The notes beneath the pieces are model-generated. The model worked only from the letters and a program-made list of their open reading frames with translations. It searched no databases and was not told where the DNA came from. 64,000 nucleotides of DNA from a bacterium (GTDB lineage: Bacteria > SAR324 > XYD2-FULL-50-16). Positions 18,241 through 28,495 of the stretch are shown here, piece by piece. The first letter of the stretch is position 1, and every line of letters starts with the position of its first letter. The stretch is from NCBI GenBank assembly GCA_032250835.1, contig JAVVEA010000001.1, positions 143,869 to 207,868 on the forward strand, in the 5' to 3' direction. Made by a program: the position numbers and the translations under genes.

Positions 18241-19010
18241 TGCCGCTATCGGTAAAGGCGCTGGCCTTACAAGAGGTGATGTCTTACGCCGGTGCGCTGG
18301 CGCTTGACTATATCAACAACCTAGACCAACTAGAATTCCACCAAAAAAAACCCCGGGATTTGGTTTCCGAGGCGGACTTGGCAGTGGAAAAGCAGTTGAT
18401 CGAATCCTTAACGCCCCTAGCCCCCGGCGCCGGTTTTTTCGGCGAAGAGACAGGCCATTCGGACAACCAAAAGCTCCGCTGGATCATCGACCCCATCGAC
18501 GGCACCCATAGCTTCGTGCGGGGGCAATATTTCTGGGGCCTTAGCGTGGCCTTAGAGCGGGACGGCGAACTGGAACTGGCGGCCGTCTACGCCCCCAAAC
18601 TAGGCGACCTTTATCTGGCCGAGAAGGGCAAAGGAGCCTATAAAAACGGCGAACCCATCCATTGTAGTAAGACCGCCGACCTCAGTGAAGCCATGATCAG
18701 TACGGGGTTTGCCTGTTTGCGCGCAGGCTTAGCAGACAACAACCTGCCGCGCTTTGGGCGGATCGCCTTGGCCACCATGGGCCACCGCCGCTTCGGCTCG
18801 GCGGCGCTGGATTTATGTTTGGTCGCCGATGGGCAGGTGGATCTTTTTTGGGAACAGGAATTAAACCTTTATGACGTAGCCGCCGGGGTCTTGATCGCCA
18901 AGGAAGCGGGCGCTTCGATCACCAACTTTGCCGGTGAAGACCGGCTCGACCCCAAGCAGCTCTTGGCCACCAACGGCTTACTAACGGCTCAGGTCTTGCC
19001 GCTGATGTGA
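18240..19010 (+). CDS. suhB: Inositol monophosphatase family protein (SuhB-like)
   Basis: 256 aa with IDPIDGT and YDVAAG motifs. Confidence 0.8.
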   Translation: MPLSVKALALQEVMSYAGALALDYINNLDQLEFHQKKPRDLVSEADLAVEKQLIESLTPLAPGAGFFGEETGHSDNQKLRWIIDPIDGTHSFVRGQYFWGLSVALERDGELELAAVYAPKLGDLYLAEKGKGAYKNGEPIHCSKTADLSEAMISTGFACLRAGLADNNLPRFGRIALATMGHRRFGSAALDLCLVADGQVDLFWEQELNLYDVAAGVLIAKEAGASITNFAGEDRLDPKQLLATNGLLTAQVLPLM

Positions 19011-19017
19011 GATCCCT

Positions 19018-20400
19018 TTAGTGGCCGATCTTCTCGATCATCAAAGCCTTGATCGCCGCCGCGTCAGAGGTGGACTCAAGACAGCGGGTTTCGGCTTGCT
19101 CTAGTTGGGCTATCTCTTCGGGGATCGTCGGTTGGCGGCCCGTTGCTTTATTGAAGGCCAACGAAAATTTGGCCGGATGGGCCGTGGCCAAACAGATCAC
19201 TTCCTTTAAGCCCGCCTGCTCAGCGGCGCAGACCCCTACGGCGGTATGGGGGTCAAGCTCCATTCCCGCTTTTTCAAAGCGGCGCATCACCTCTAAAACC
19301 GCCCTCTCGTCAGCTCTGAAGGCCGTGATGCTGCGGTTTGCCCGCTCGATCACGTCCAGGTCAAAGAGGATCGCCCCCTTTTCTTTAAGCGCTTTCATCC
19401 AATCCAACACCTGGGCCCCTTGGCGGTCGGCGAGGTAGTATAAAAAACGCTCAAAATTGCTGGCCAATTGGATGTCCATCGAAGGACTTAAGGTCGCTTT
19501 CACTTGGGCGCTGCTGTAGTCGCCTTGATTAAAAGCACGGCTGAGGACGTCGTTTTCGTTGGTGGCGAGCAATAATTTCTTGATCGGAAGGCCCATCTGC
19601 TGGGCCAGATAGCCCGCAAAGATGTCGCCAAAATTCCCGGTCGGGACCGCAAAGACCGCTTCCTTCTCGCCGGTGCGCGCTTGCCAGCGGAAGTAAGCGT
19701 AAAAGTAATAAACAATCTGGGCCATCACACGGGCCCAGTTGATCGAGTTGACGGCACCTAAATGGTATTGGTCCTTAAATTGGTGGTCATTAAACAACTC
19801 TTTGACCACGTTCTGGGCGTCATCAAAATTCCCGTTGACGGCGATGTTGAAGACGTTTTCGTCTAAAACACTGGTCATCTGGCGCTCTTGGACAGGGCTC
19901 ACCTTGCCTTTGGGGTGCAAGATGAAGATCTTCACCCGTTCTTTGCCCCGCACCCCATGGATCGCGGCTGAGCCGGTATCCCCGCTGGTAGCCCCGACGA
20001 TGTTTAATTCACCACCGCTACGCTTAAGCAAGGCCTCAAAGAGGTTGCCCAGGAATTGGAGCGCCACGTCTTTAAAGGCCAGCGTGGGCCCATGGAAGAG
20101 CTCTAAAACCCATTGATCACCGGCCTTAACTAGTGGCGTGATCTCGCTATGCTTAAAACTAGCGTAGGAGTTTTCCACCAAATGGGCGATCTCGGCAGGC
20201 TCGAAATCCGGGGCCATAAAGGGCGTGAAGATCTCTAAAGCCAAGTCTTGGTATCGCAGTGCCGAAAGGCTCGCTAGGCGCTTGGAAAAGTCCGGAATTT
20301 CAGCCGGAACATAGAGCCCTCCGTCGCGGGCGAGGCCCTCTAAAACGACCTGAGAAAAAGAAAGTTCCGGTGCTTGGCCGCGGGTAGAGACAAATTTCAT
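19018..20400 (-). CDS. thrC: Threonine synthase
   Basis: 460 aa. MKFVSTRG...LYVP N-terminus and PLP-Lys motif HGPTLAFKD. Confidence 0.85.
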   Translation of the reverse strand: MKFVSTRGQAPELSFSQVVLEGLARDGGLYVPAEIPDFSKRLASLSALRYQDLALEIFTPFMAPDFEPAEIAHLVENSYASFKHSEITPLVKAGDQWVLELFHGPTLAFKDVALQFLGNLFEALLKRSGGELNIVGATSGDTGSAAIHGVRGKERVKIFILHPKGKVSPVQERQMTSVLDENVFNIAVNGNFDDAQNVVKELFNDHQFKDQYHLGAVNSINWARVMAQIVYYFYAYFRWQARTGEKEAVFAVPTGNFGDIFAGYLAQQMGLPIKKLLLATNENDVLSRAFNQGDYSSAQVKATLSPSMDIQLASNFERFLYYLADRQGAQVLDWMKALKEKGAILFDLDVIERANRSITAFRADERAVLEVMRRFEKAGMELDPHTAVGVCAAEQAGLKEVICLATAHPAKFSLAFNKATGRQPTIPEEIAQLEQAETRCLESTSDAAAIKALMIEKIGH

Positions 20401-21557
20401 GATGAAGACTTGTTTTTAATACGGGTGCTGATCCATTGTCTAAAAGAGTCAAAATCATAGTTGATTTTGAAGAAATTGGCCAGCCCGATTCCCACGGCCA
20501 GCAACAGCGGGAAGTAGATCATCAAAGCGCTTCCGCGCCCCGAAGCCATCATGGCGCGGGCCTGGGCATAGAGGCTATAGTATAACACCACCATCACCAG
20601 CATATACACAAACCGCATAGTCTTCGGGTTGCGTGGATCAAAGATGCCCATGGGCAACGCAAAGATCCCAAAGACCAAGCAACTGAGCACCGTGGCAATC
20701 CTTCCGTGCAATTCGTCGCGGTATTCAAATTGATCCCGCGTTCCCGCAGAAGCCTCAATCCCGCCCAGTAGCTGCCCAATATTCATTTGCATGTCGTTGA
20801 GTTCGGGCCCGTTTTTTTCTCGGTACCGGCTAGGTAAGCGTCCGTTGTCTTGTCGGGGTGGGGCTAGGTCATAATCTAACTGAGCAAAATCCAAAATCTG
20901 GTGTTGGCGGTTTTCGCCTAATTGGTGGATGCGCCCTTGGTACAGGATCAATATCACCCGGCGGCGGGTTTCATCAAAAAGTATCCGGCCCTGTTCGGCC
21001 TCAACCAGACTTGATTCTTCTGGGTCGTCCCAATCGGCGATAAAGACGCCTTTGAGTAATTCTTCTTCTTTTTCAAAAACATAAATACTTTTACTGCCAA
21101 AAATATTATTGATCCGGCTCGATACCAGTTGGATTTTGGTTTGTTTTTTTAAGATGTCGTACTTGAGCTGTTCTAGGCTGCGGGTACCCCAGGGACCGGC
21201 CCAAAAGACCAACCAAGCCACCAGCAAGGCCGAAACCCCGGCAACGGCCAGCACCGGCCCAAATAGAGACCCTATCGACACCCCTGCGGCGCGCATGGCG
21301 ATCACCTCATAGTCCTGAGACAGTCGGTTGATACCCACATAGACGCCAACCATCAAGGCTATCGGGGTGGTCAGCATCAAGATCGTGGGGAGGCTGTAAA
21401 CCACCATCCATACCAAAGGCCCCGGCTCTAGTCCGGTGGCCTGCAAAAAGGGCATGAACTTGTAAACCTGATCCATCAGCATGATGGCCGAAAGCACCCC
21501 AGAGGACAACAATAGCGGAAAAACTAACTCTTTGGCACAATAACGGTAAAGGATCAT
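20397..21557 (-). CDS. LptF/LptG-family LPS export permease
   Basis: 386 aa, YjgP/YjgQ architecture (3 TM, periplasmic beta-jellyroll, 3 TM). N-terminus MILYRYCAKELVFP. Only one family member is present in the window. Confidence 0.7.
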   Translation of the reverse strand: MILYRYCAKELVFPLLLSSGVLSAIMLMDQVYKFMPFLQATGLEPGPLVWMVVYSLPTILMLTTPIALMVGVYVGINRLSQDYEVIAMRAAGVSIGSLFGPVLAVAGVSALLVAWLVFWAGPWGTRSLEQLKYDILKKQTKIQLVSSRINNIFGSKSIYVFEKEEELLKGVFIADWDDPEESSLVEAEQGRILFDETRRRVILILYQGRIHQLGENRQHQILDFAQLDYDLAPPRQDNGRLPSRYREKNGPELNDMQMNIGQLLGGIEASAGTRDQFEYRDELHGRIATVLSCLVFGIFALPMGIFDPRNPKTMRFVYMLVMVVLYYSLYAQARAMMASGRGSALMIYFPLLLAVGIGLANFFKINYDFDSFRQWISTRIKNKSSS

Positions 21558-23131
21558 GGCCGGGGTTCAAGCAGGTAGACCAACAAACGACGGGCTTCAA
21601 AGCCCCTTACCTGGGGCCTTATATCGCCAACAAACTTCCAGTCCAGATGCTGGGGGCGTTCACCGGCCGGGCGGCGCACACACCCCTGCTCAGGGTAGAC
21701 CTCCATGCGCCACTGCATATTTTCAAGCAATTTGGGGCACTCGTAGGGATAACAGACCATCAAAGCCCCTTCCTCGGCCAGGGCTTGTTCGGAACTGCGC
21801 CCTTCGGTCCAAAGGTTGTGCTGGCATTTCTCATAGGTATAGGGCCAAGGATGCTGGGGCAAGTATAGGGAGAGCGCCCCCGAAAGCCAATATTCTCGGC
21901 TGACTACATAAGGCGGCATTTCGATGGCTTGGGCCTGTAGTTTGGCGTTTAGTTGCTCCGCCGTTTCTTCCCAGCCCAACACCGCAATCTTTTCACTAAG
22001 CTTTGGCCCCTGCCCAAAGGGATTGGTGTGCAGGGCTAGGTTAAAGGCCAAAAGAATGGCTCCGTTGAGCGCTAGGGCTCTCCAAAGATGGGTCCAAAGC
22101 CTTTCGGGCTGCTGTTGCTCTAGGAAATGGACCAGCAAAACAAAGAGCCCCAGATAGGCCAGGTTTACCCAGTGTGGGTCTGAGCCTTTGCCTTTTAGGC
22201 TGCTCAAGGTAAAGACCACCATCGGCGTCAAGCCGGTGACCAAAAGCAACCGATAAGTCGCCCGCTCCATACCCACACCTAAGCTAGGCATGGGCTTTTT
22301 CTTCAAGACGCCCCAAGCCATCCCCAAAAGCCGCCGCCAAAGCTGGGGCGCAAAATAGGGGGAAAACAGCAAAATATGCCCTATCAAGAAGAGGCTTCCG
22401 TTATAAAGCGGGTTGCCGCCGGTGAGGCCTTTCTTGAAGTTATAATTGAGGGTGATCCAGTCGTGCTGGGCGTTCCAATAGAGATTTGGGGCCAAAAGGC
22501 CCAGGCAAGCCAGCCCGCCCAGATAGGTGGCCGGGTGTTTGAGGACCCAACGCTGACTCGGCTCAATCGCCAAATAGAGGCCAAAGCCAAGGGGCAAAAA
22601 GGCCATGATGTATTTGGATTCAGCGCCGAGCCCGGCGAAAATGCCGAAGGCCAGCATCCACCATCCTTGACCGGTCTTCACTAAGCGCAATAAGGCCCAC
22701 AGACCGCCGATCCAAAAGAGCATAAAGGGCTGGTCAATGTGCCAAAAAACCGAGCCTTGAGAGAAGTAGGCGGTGCTTTCCAGCAGCAGCAAAAAGCCCA
22801 AAGAGCCGCGCGGGCTTAAGACCTCCCTGGCGACCAACCATGCCGCGCCCAGGATCAGCGCAGAAAAGAGCGCCGAGCCCCATTTTAGGCCTAAAACCGG
22901 GTCCATCCCCAGCCAATGGATCGGGGCCATGGTCAAGGCGACCATGGGCGGGTGTTCGTAGTAGCCCCAACCGAGTTTTCGAGACCAGACCCAGTGGTCG
23001 GCCATGTCGGGATGGATGTCGGTCAGTAGGCCCATCAGACCCCAAAGCAGGGCATGCAGCGCCATGAACTCTAAAGGAGCGGTGCGGCGTGTGCTCCAAC
23101 GGGTCAAGAAGTCGGACAGGGCCTGATTCAT
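21554..23131 (-). CDS. GT-C membrane glycosyltransferase, family 39/83 (ArnT/PMT-like)
   Basis: 525 aa. N-terminal polytopic membrane region typical of ArnT-like transferases. 4-nt overlap with the lptF/G-like gene. Confidence 0.55.
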   Translation of the reverse strand: MNQALSDFLTRWSTRRTAPLEFMALHALLWGLMGLLTDIHPDMADHWVWSRKLGWGYYEHPPMVALTMAPIHWLGMDPVLGLKWGSALFSALILGAAWLVAREVLSPRGSLGFLLLLESTAYFSQGSVFWHIDQPFMLFWIGGLWALLRLVKTGQGWWMLAFGIFAGLGAESKYIMAFLPLGFGLYLAIEPSQRWVLKHPATYLGGLACLGLLAPNLYWNAQHDWITLNYNFKKGLTGGNPLYNGSLFLIGHILLFSPYFAPQLWRRLLGMAWGVLKKKPMPSLGVGMERATYRLLLVTGLTPMVVFTLSSLKGKGSDPHWVNLAYLGLFVLLVHFLEQQQPERLWTHLWRALALNGAILLAFNLALHTNPFGQGPKLSEKIAVLGWEETAEQLNAKLQAQAIEMPPYVVSREYWLSGALSLYLPQHPWPYTYEKCQHNLWTEGRSSEQALAEEGALMVCYPYECPKLLENMQWRMEVYPEQGCVRRPAGERPQHLDWKFVGDIRPQVRGFEARRLLVYLLEPRP

Positions 23132-23210
23132 TGGCTAGGGGCAAAGGGGATATTCAACTAGACGGCTATCATGTCGTTGGCGGGCCTAAAGGTCAACCTT
23201 GCAGGTGGGC

Positions 23211-23975
23211 TTATTGATTTTTCAACGCCCGCTCGATCCGCTCGCGTAGCTCTTTGTGTCCGGCGTTTGATTCTCCTCGGGCTTCTAATTGGTCAAAATA
23301 ATCTAACAGCAAGGCCTTTTCGGCGGGGCTAATGGTTGGGACTACCTGGGCGAAATCGCCTTTGAGCATCAATACGAGGCTTCCAGGTTGGCGGGCTCCT
23401 CGCAGGTCTAGTGCCTTGGTGCGTTGCGCTGGGGCCTTTTTCTGTTTGCTTTCGGTTTTTGCCGCGCTCAAGGCGGTTTTTGTGTAGCCTTTGTCGCCCA
23501 GCACCTTCTTAAGCAACATCATGCAATTGTTTTGGTCCGAAACGCTGCACTTAGCGTCTAAGATCAGCCAGGCAGTGCGGGCCATTTCCCCGCCGCCAAG
23601 TAAAGAACCTAGCGACTTCTGGCCTAGTTCAATCACGGCGGCTCCTTTGGGTAGTTGGCTGGTGGCGTTTTTTAAATGCCAGACATCGGCCTTGCCGCCC
23701 CCTTCCCACTTGGCTTTGTCGATTTTAGCCTGCAACTCGGCAAAGTGGTTGCGGCTCAACCCCAAAAGTGCTTTGAAGCTATCCGAATAATCCGCCCGTT
23801 TGCGGCTGAATTCGACCGAAGCCTCTAGCCGCGTTCCGGGCTTTCCTTTTTTGGTATTCGAGGCGATGCCCACGTAATACCATTTTTTCATCAACAGGTG
23901 GTGCAATGCATCTAACGCATCGTCCCAATTTCTGGTGATCGGGAGTTCGTGGCTCAACCCCTTGCTTTTGGCCAT
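23211..23975 (-). CDS. Hypothetical basic protein
   Basis: 254-aa ORF, Lys-rich, no recognisable motif. Lies divergent from ahpC. Confidence 0.4.
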   Translation of the reverse strand: MAKSKGLSHELPITRNWDDALDALHHLLMKKWYYVGIASNTKKGKPGTRLEASVEFSRKRADYSDSFKALLGLSRNHFAELQAKIDKAKWEGGGKADVWHLKNATSQLPKGAAVIELGQKSLGSLLGGGEMARTAWLILDAKCSVSDQNNCMMLLKKVLGDKGYTKTALSAAKTESKQKKAPAQRTKALDLRGARQPGSLVLMLKGDFAQVVPTISPAEKALLLDYFDQLEARGESNAGHKELRERIERALKNQ

Positions 23976-24052
23976 CGGTTCCGTATCCTCAATTTTGGTC
24001 TTCTAAGGGCCTTTACCGCCGGGTCATCAAAACGGATTTTTTAAACATTTGC

Positions 24053-24087
24053 CTTGATGAACTAGAGAAAAGCAACTATTCTCATCA
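24053..24087. promoter_or_regulatory. Inverted repeat TTGATGA-N21-TCATCAA upstream of the peroxiredoxin gene; candidate redox-regulator operator
   Basis: Perfect 7-bp arms seen directly, 85 bp upstream of the ahpC start. Function is inferred only. Confidence 0.2.
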
Positions 24088-24171
24088 ACAGCAATACAAC
24101 GCCATGCCCGGCGTTGAACAGTACTAATTCGCCTTTTTTATCGATCTGTTAACTTTCAGACAAGGACATCC

Positions 24172-24768
24172 ATGAGTGTACTCGTTACCAAACAAGCCCC
24201 TGACTTCAAAGCCCAAGCCGTAATGCCGGACAACAGCTTCAAAGAAGTGAGCATCTCTGACTATAAGGGCAAATACGTGGTCCTTTTCTTTTACCCCTTG
24301 GACTTCACCTTTGTGTGCCCCTCGGAAATCATCGCCTTTGACCACCGCTTAAACGAGTTCAAGTCTCGTGGTGTTGAAGTTTTGGGTTGCTCTATCGACA
24401 GCCACTTCACCCACTTGGCCTGGAAAAACACCCCCGTTGAAAAAGGCGGCATCGGCAATGTTCAGTACCCCTTGATCGCGGACCTGTCCAAAGACATCGC
24501 TCGTGATTACGACGTGCTGATCAACGATTCTTTGGCTTTGCGCGGCTCTTTCTTGATCGATAAGGCCGGTTTGGTCCGCCACCAGGTGATCAACGATCTG
24601 CCCTTGGGCCGTAACATCGACGAGATGCTACGCATGATCGACGCCTTGCAGTTCACCGAAGAGCACGGCGAAGTCTGCCCCGCTGGTTGGCAGAAAGGCA
24701 AAGCCGGTATGAAAGGCAGCACCGAAGGGGTGGCTCAGTACCTAGCCGAGCACGCCAAAGAGCTTTAA
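24172..24768 (+). CDS. ahpC: Peroxiredoxin, typical 2-Cys (AhpC/Tsa family)
   Basis: 198 aa. FTFVCPSEI peroxidatic Cys motif. C-terminal resolving Cys (EVCPAGW). Confidence 0.9.
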   Translation: MSVLVTKQAPDFKAQAVMPDNSFKEVSISDYKGKYVVLFFYPLDFTFVCPSEIIAFDHRLNEFKSRGVEVLGCSIDSHFTHLAWKNTPVEKGGIGNVQYPLIADLSKDIARDYDVLINDSLALRGSFLIDKAGLVRHQVINDLPLGRNIDEMLRMIDALQFTEEHGEVCPAGWQKGKAGMKGSTEGVAQYLAEHAKEL

Positions 24769-24818
24769 TCTAAGCGCTTGGAAGAGGCCCCCTTTACCTA
24801 AGGGGGCTTCTTTGTGCC

Positions 24819-25901
24819 ATGAATCCCGCCCTGGCCCTTTTTGTTACTTCCCATGGCTTCGGCCACGCTGCCCGCAGCGCCGCAGTTTTGGAAGCCCTGT
24901 TCCCCTTGCTTGAAGGCTGGAATTTCGAGATTTTCACCGAAACGCCCCTCAGCTTTTTCCAGGCCTCTTTAAGCCGCGATTTTGGTTACCATCGGACCCA
25001 GACAGATTTAGGGTTGGTGCAAACCAGCGCCCTTGAAGGCGATCTAGACGCCACGCTCCGCAAATTATCCGCAGAACTCCCCTACCGTCCGGGGAGCGTC
25101 AAAGAGTTAGCCCAAACCTGCCAAAATCTTAACGTAAAAGCCATTATTTCCGATATTTCCCCCTTGGGGCTGTTGGTCGCTAGTCAGTTAAAAGCGCCCA
25201 GCTTTTTATTAGAGAACTTTACCTGGGATTGGATTTATCGACGGATTCCGGGGTACCCTACAGACTTCAACGAATTTGCCGACTATCTTGAAGATCTCTT
25301 TGGGCTGGCGCGCTGGCGGATTCAGGCCTTTCCGGCCTGTGAAGCCGACCAAGGAGACTTTACAAGCCGCCCCATTGCCCGCAGCCCTAGGACCCCCGCC
25401 GAAGTAACCCGCGCGCATCTGGGTTTACAAAGGGACCAAAAGTTGATTCTCTTGACTTTAGGGGGAATTGAAGGTCAAGTCTTGGCTCCGCCACGAGGAT
25501 ACGAACAACAGCCCTGGCTCTTCGTTAGCCCCACCGGGAGCGGAGCGACCAGCCTACAAGGCAATTGGTTGCAGCTAGGGGACGTCGAAGGCTACTTCCA
25601 CCCTGATCTGATGGAAGCAGCCGATTTGGTGGTTTGCAAATTAGGCTACAGCACCCTGGCCGAGGCTTGGCAAAGCGGCACGCCCGTGCTCTATTTGAGC
25701 CGGCCGGATTTTCCCGAATCGCCTGTCTTAGAGGCCTTTTGCCGCTCCGAATTAGCTTCACAGCCCTTAACCCGTGAAGCCCTATCCAACGGAAACTGGC
25801 TGGCCCTTGTGGAAAAAATGCTGCATGATCACCCCAAAGGCCCTAATAAACCTTCTGGGGCAATACAAACAGCTCAATGGATTGCGGAGCAATTGAGATG
25901 A
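24819..25901 (+). CDS. GT-B glycosyltransferase, MurG/GT28-like
   Basis: 360 aa. N-terminal SHGFGHAARSAAVLEAL is comparable to MurG GGTGGH. C-terminal AADLVVCKLGYSTLAEAWQSGTPVLYL resembles the GT28 C-terminal motif. Confidence 0.5.
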   Translation: MNPALALFVTSHGFGHAARSAAVLEALFPLLEGWNFEIFTETPLSFFQASLSRDFGYHRTQTDLGLVQTSALEGDLDATLRKLSAELPYRPGSVKELAQTCQNLNVKAIISDISPLGLLVASQLKAPSFLLENFTWDWIYRRIPGYPTDFNEFADYLEDLFGLARWRIQAFPACEADQGDFTSRPIARSPRTPAEVTRAHLGLQRDQKLILLTLGGIEGQVLAPPRGYEQQPWLFVSPTGSGATSLQGNWLQLGDVEGYFHPDLMEAADLVVCKLGYSTLAEAWQSGTPVLYLSRPDFPESPVLEAFCRSELASQPLTREALSNGNWLALVEKMLHDHPKGPNKPSGAIQTAQWIAEQLR

Positions 25902-26938
25902 GTTTAAAGCCCAAAGCGAGAATCCTGGTAGTTGACGATGAGGCAGTTAACCTAAAATTAATTGCTGAGATCCTCAAGGAGGAATACGAGTTGGCCTTCG
26001 CAAAAAGCGGTGAAGAAGCGCTACAACTCACCAATACCCAGCCGGACCTGATCCTTCTCGACATCATGATGCCGGGTATGGATGGCTTTGAAGTGGCCCA
26101 GAAGCTTAAGCGCGACGGAAAAACCCAGAACATCCCGATCATCTTCGTCAGTGCCATGAACGAGACGGTTGACGAGGTAAAGGGGCTCGACCTTGGGGCG
26201 GTGGACTACATCACCAAACCCATCAACAGCCAAGTCGTCCGGCTGCGCGTCAACACCCAAATCAAACTGCTGCAAATCCAACGGGCCCTCCAACAGCAAA
26301 ACAACAGCCTGGAGTCCGCCGTAGCCGACCGGACCCAAGAGCTGCAAGAAGCCCAGATTGAGATGGTCAAGCGGATGGGCCTACTGGCCGAATACCGCGA
26401 CCCCGAGACCGGCGACCATATCGAGCGCATGAGCCGCTACGCCGAAGCCTTAGCCAGCGCTATGGGACTCGACCAAGCCCAGTGCGAATTGATCCGGATG
26501 GCTTCGCCGATGCACGACATCGGCAAAGTGGGTATTCCCGACCGGATTCTGATCAAGCCCGGCAAATTAACGCCCGAAGAATGGCGCACCATGCAGGCGC
26601 ACAGCCTTATCGGGGCCACGATTTTAACGGGCGGACGTTCGCAGCTCTTAAAAACTGCCCATTTGATCGCCGCACACCACCACGAAAAATATGACGGCTC
26701 TGGCTATCCTATGGGCTTGGCTGGCGAGGATATCCCTATTGAAGGGCGGATCGCCGCCATCGCCGACGTCTTTGATGCCTTGAGCAGCAAACGACCCTAT
26801 AAAGAGCCCTGGCCCCTTGAGAGGGTCTTGGACTTACTCAAAGAAGAAAAAGGGCGGCATTTTGACCCCAAATTAGTGGACCTGTTTCTGTCGATCTTAG
26901 ACAAGATCATCGAGATCAAGGACCAGCACCCTAATTAG
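25898..26938 (+). CDS. Response regulator with receiver domain and HD-GYP c-di-GMP phosphodiesterase domain (RpfG-like)
   Basis: REC (ILVVDDE...DLILLDIMMPGMDG). HD-GYP (HDIGKVGI...HHHEKYDGSGYP). Start assigned to the ATGA overlap with the upstream gene at 25898. Confidence 0.85.
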   Translation: MSLKPKARILVVDDEAVNLKLIAEILKEEYELAFAKSGEEALQLTNTQPDLILLDIMMPGMDGFEVAQKLKRDGKTQNIPIIFVSAMNETVDEVKGLDLGAVDYITKPINSQVVRLRVNTQIKLLQIQRALQQQNNSLESAVADRTQELQEAQIEMVKRMGLLAEYRDPETGDHIERMSRYAEALASAMGLDQAQCELIRMASPMHDIGKVGIPDRILIKPGKLTPEEWRTMQAHSLIGATILTGGRSQLLKTAHLIAAHHHEKYDGSGYPMGLAGEDIPIEGRIAAIADVFDALSSKRPYKEPWPLERVLDLLKEEKGRHFDPKLVDLFLSILDKIIEIKDQHPN

Positions 26939-28495
26939 ATGAGTCTCCTGCCCCGTTGGTCCCCTCTGGATAAAGCCGCCCTGGGCCTTTCGGCCCTTTC
27001 GGCCGGATTGATCGTCCTGGCTTTTCCCGACTGGGGCTATTCCCCGCTGGTCTTCTGTTTCGCCGTCCCTTGGCTTTGGGCCTTAGAAAGCGTGGGCCCT
27101 AAGATGGCTTACGGCACCGGGGTGGTCTTCGGCACCTTGGCCCTTTGGGGCGGATTCTATTGGATCGGTAACTGGGCGGCTTTGGTCTTAGAATGGCCCT
27201 GGCCGTTGAATCATCTGGTAGGATTTGGTTACGCGCTGGTTTGCGCTCAGGCCTTCGGCTTGATTGGCTGGCTGGTCGTTAAGCTCCGCCGCCCGCTAGG
27301 TCCCTTGGAACCCTTTGGCTTTGCCTTCGTGTGGTTGCTGGTTTTCAGCCTCTTCCCCTGGCTTTTTCCCTTCACGCTCGCTGATTCGCTAGGGTTCACG
27401 CCCCTACTGCTCCAACCCCTTGAGTGGACCGGACCTTGGGCTTTAGATTTCTTGATTTTGGTGTCCAATGGGGCCATCTATCTAGCGCTGCGCCGTCCCC
27501 CTTCTCGGCCTAACGGGGTCCCCATGCTGCTGGCGACGATCTTCGCCTTGACGTGGGTCGGCTTGAGTCATTGGCGGCTGTTAGACCTAGAATCCCAAAT
27601 GGCCGGGGTATCCCAGCGCCGACTGGGACTGGTGCAAACCAACCGCCCGGCGAGTTTAAAACGCCAACCGCCCGAGCCGGGATTTTCGCCGGTTTACCCG
27701 CTGGAAATGAAGTTAAGCCAGTCTTTGGCCGAACAGGGTGCCGAGTTGATCTTCTGGCCTGAAGGGCATTTTTATGGTTATGCTTACTGGGTGGACGTAG
27801 AAGCGTCTTTCCACCAACTGACCGCCGAAATGGCGGTCCCTTTGTTCTTTTTGGATTCTGGCTGGGATGAGGGCCCCGAGGGGCGTAGGCATTACAACAC
27901 CACCTTCTTCTTGACCGCTCAAGGGGAGTTGGGCGGAACTTATCAAAAAAGGCACCTCGTCCCCTTTGGCGAGACCACCCCGCTGGTTTCCGATTGGCCC
28001 TGGCTTAAGTCCCTTTTGGGGGCCTTTTTGAGCAATCTATCGGCGGGAACCTCCGATGCTGCTTTTGAAGCCGCCGGAATCCGGGTGGTACCGAAGATCT
28101 GCTATGAAATTCTCTTTCCGGTCGAAGTGGCCGAGGCTATCGGGACAGACGGTTCCGGCAAATTGATTCTGGTCCAGAGTCAAGACGGATGGTATGGTCA
28201 AAGCAGCCAACCGCGCCAACATTTGGCCAGTTCGATCTTGCGGGCCGTTGAAAACCGGGTCCCCTTGGTTCATGTAATCAACAATGGGCCGTCGGCGGTC
28301 GTCCTGCCCACCGGGAAGCTAAGCTTCTTGGCCCCAGCCTTCGAGCGGGGTGCTTGGATCGCTCCGCTGCCCTTTGAAGCGTCCCAAGGAGGTAGCTTTT
28401 ACAGCCGCCACCCGGGATGGACCTTGGGATCCTTGCGTTGGTTGGGGGCCCTGTTGCTGCTTTGGGGTTGGTGGAGCTTGAGGAAATCCAAATGA
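26939..28495 (+). CDS. lnt: Apolipoprotein N-acyltransferase
   Basis: 518 aa. N-terminal multi-TM region plus a C-terminal CN-hydrolase domain (ICYEILFP). Confidence 0.8.
   Translation: MSLLPRWSPLDKAALGLSALSAGLIVLAFPDWGYSPLVFCFAVPWLWALESVGPKMAYGTGVVFGTLALWGGFYWIGNWAALVLEWPWPLNHLVGFGYALVCAQAFGLIGWLVVKLRRPLGPLEPFGFAFVWLLVFSLFPWLFPFTLADSLGFTPLLLQPLEWTGPWALDFLILVSNGAIYLALRRPPSRPNGVPMLLATIFALTWVGLSHWRLLDLESQMAGVSQRRLGLVQTNRPASLKRQPPEPGFSPVYPLEMKLSQSLAEQGAELIFWPEGHFYGYAYWVDVEASFHQLTAEMAVPLFFLDSGWDEGPEGRRHYNTTFFLTAQGELGGTYQKRHLVPFGETTPLVSDWPWLKSLLGAFLSNLSAGTSDAAFEAAGIRVVPKICYEILFPVEVAEAIGTDGSGKLILVQSQDGWYGQSSQPRQHLASSILRAVENRVPLVHVINNGPSAVVLPTGKLSFLAPAFERGAWIAPLPFEASQGGSFYSRHPGWTLGSLRWLGALLLLWGWWSLRKSK

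Noticed and set aside
28417-28491. Upstream extension of the selA ORF (track start 28417) overlapping lnt by 79 nt
   Set aside because: The extension translates lnt's C-terminal region out of frame. A start at the ATGA junction (28492) gives the canonical SelA N-terminus (MKAFALLPPVQQVDRYLE…).
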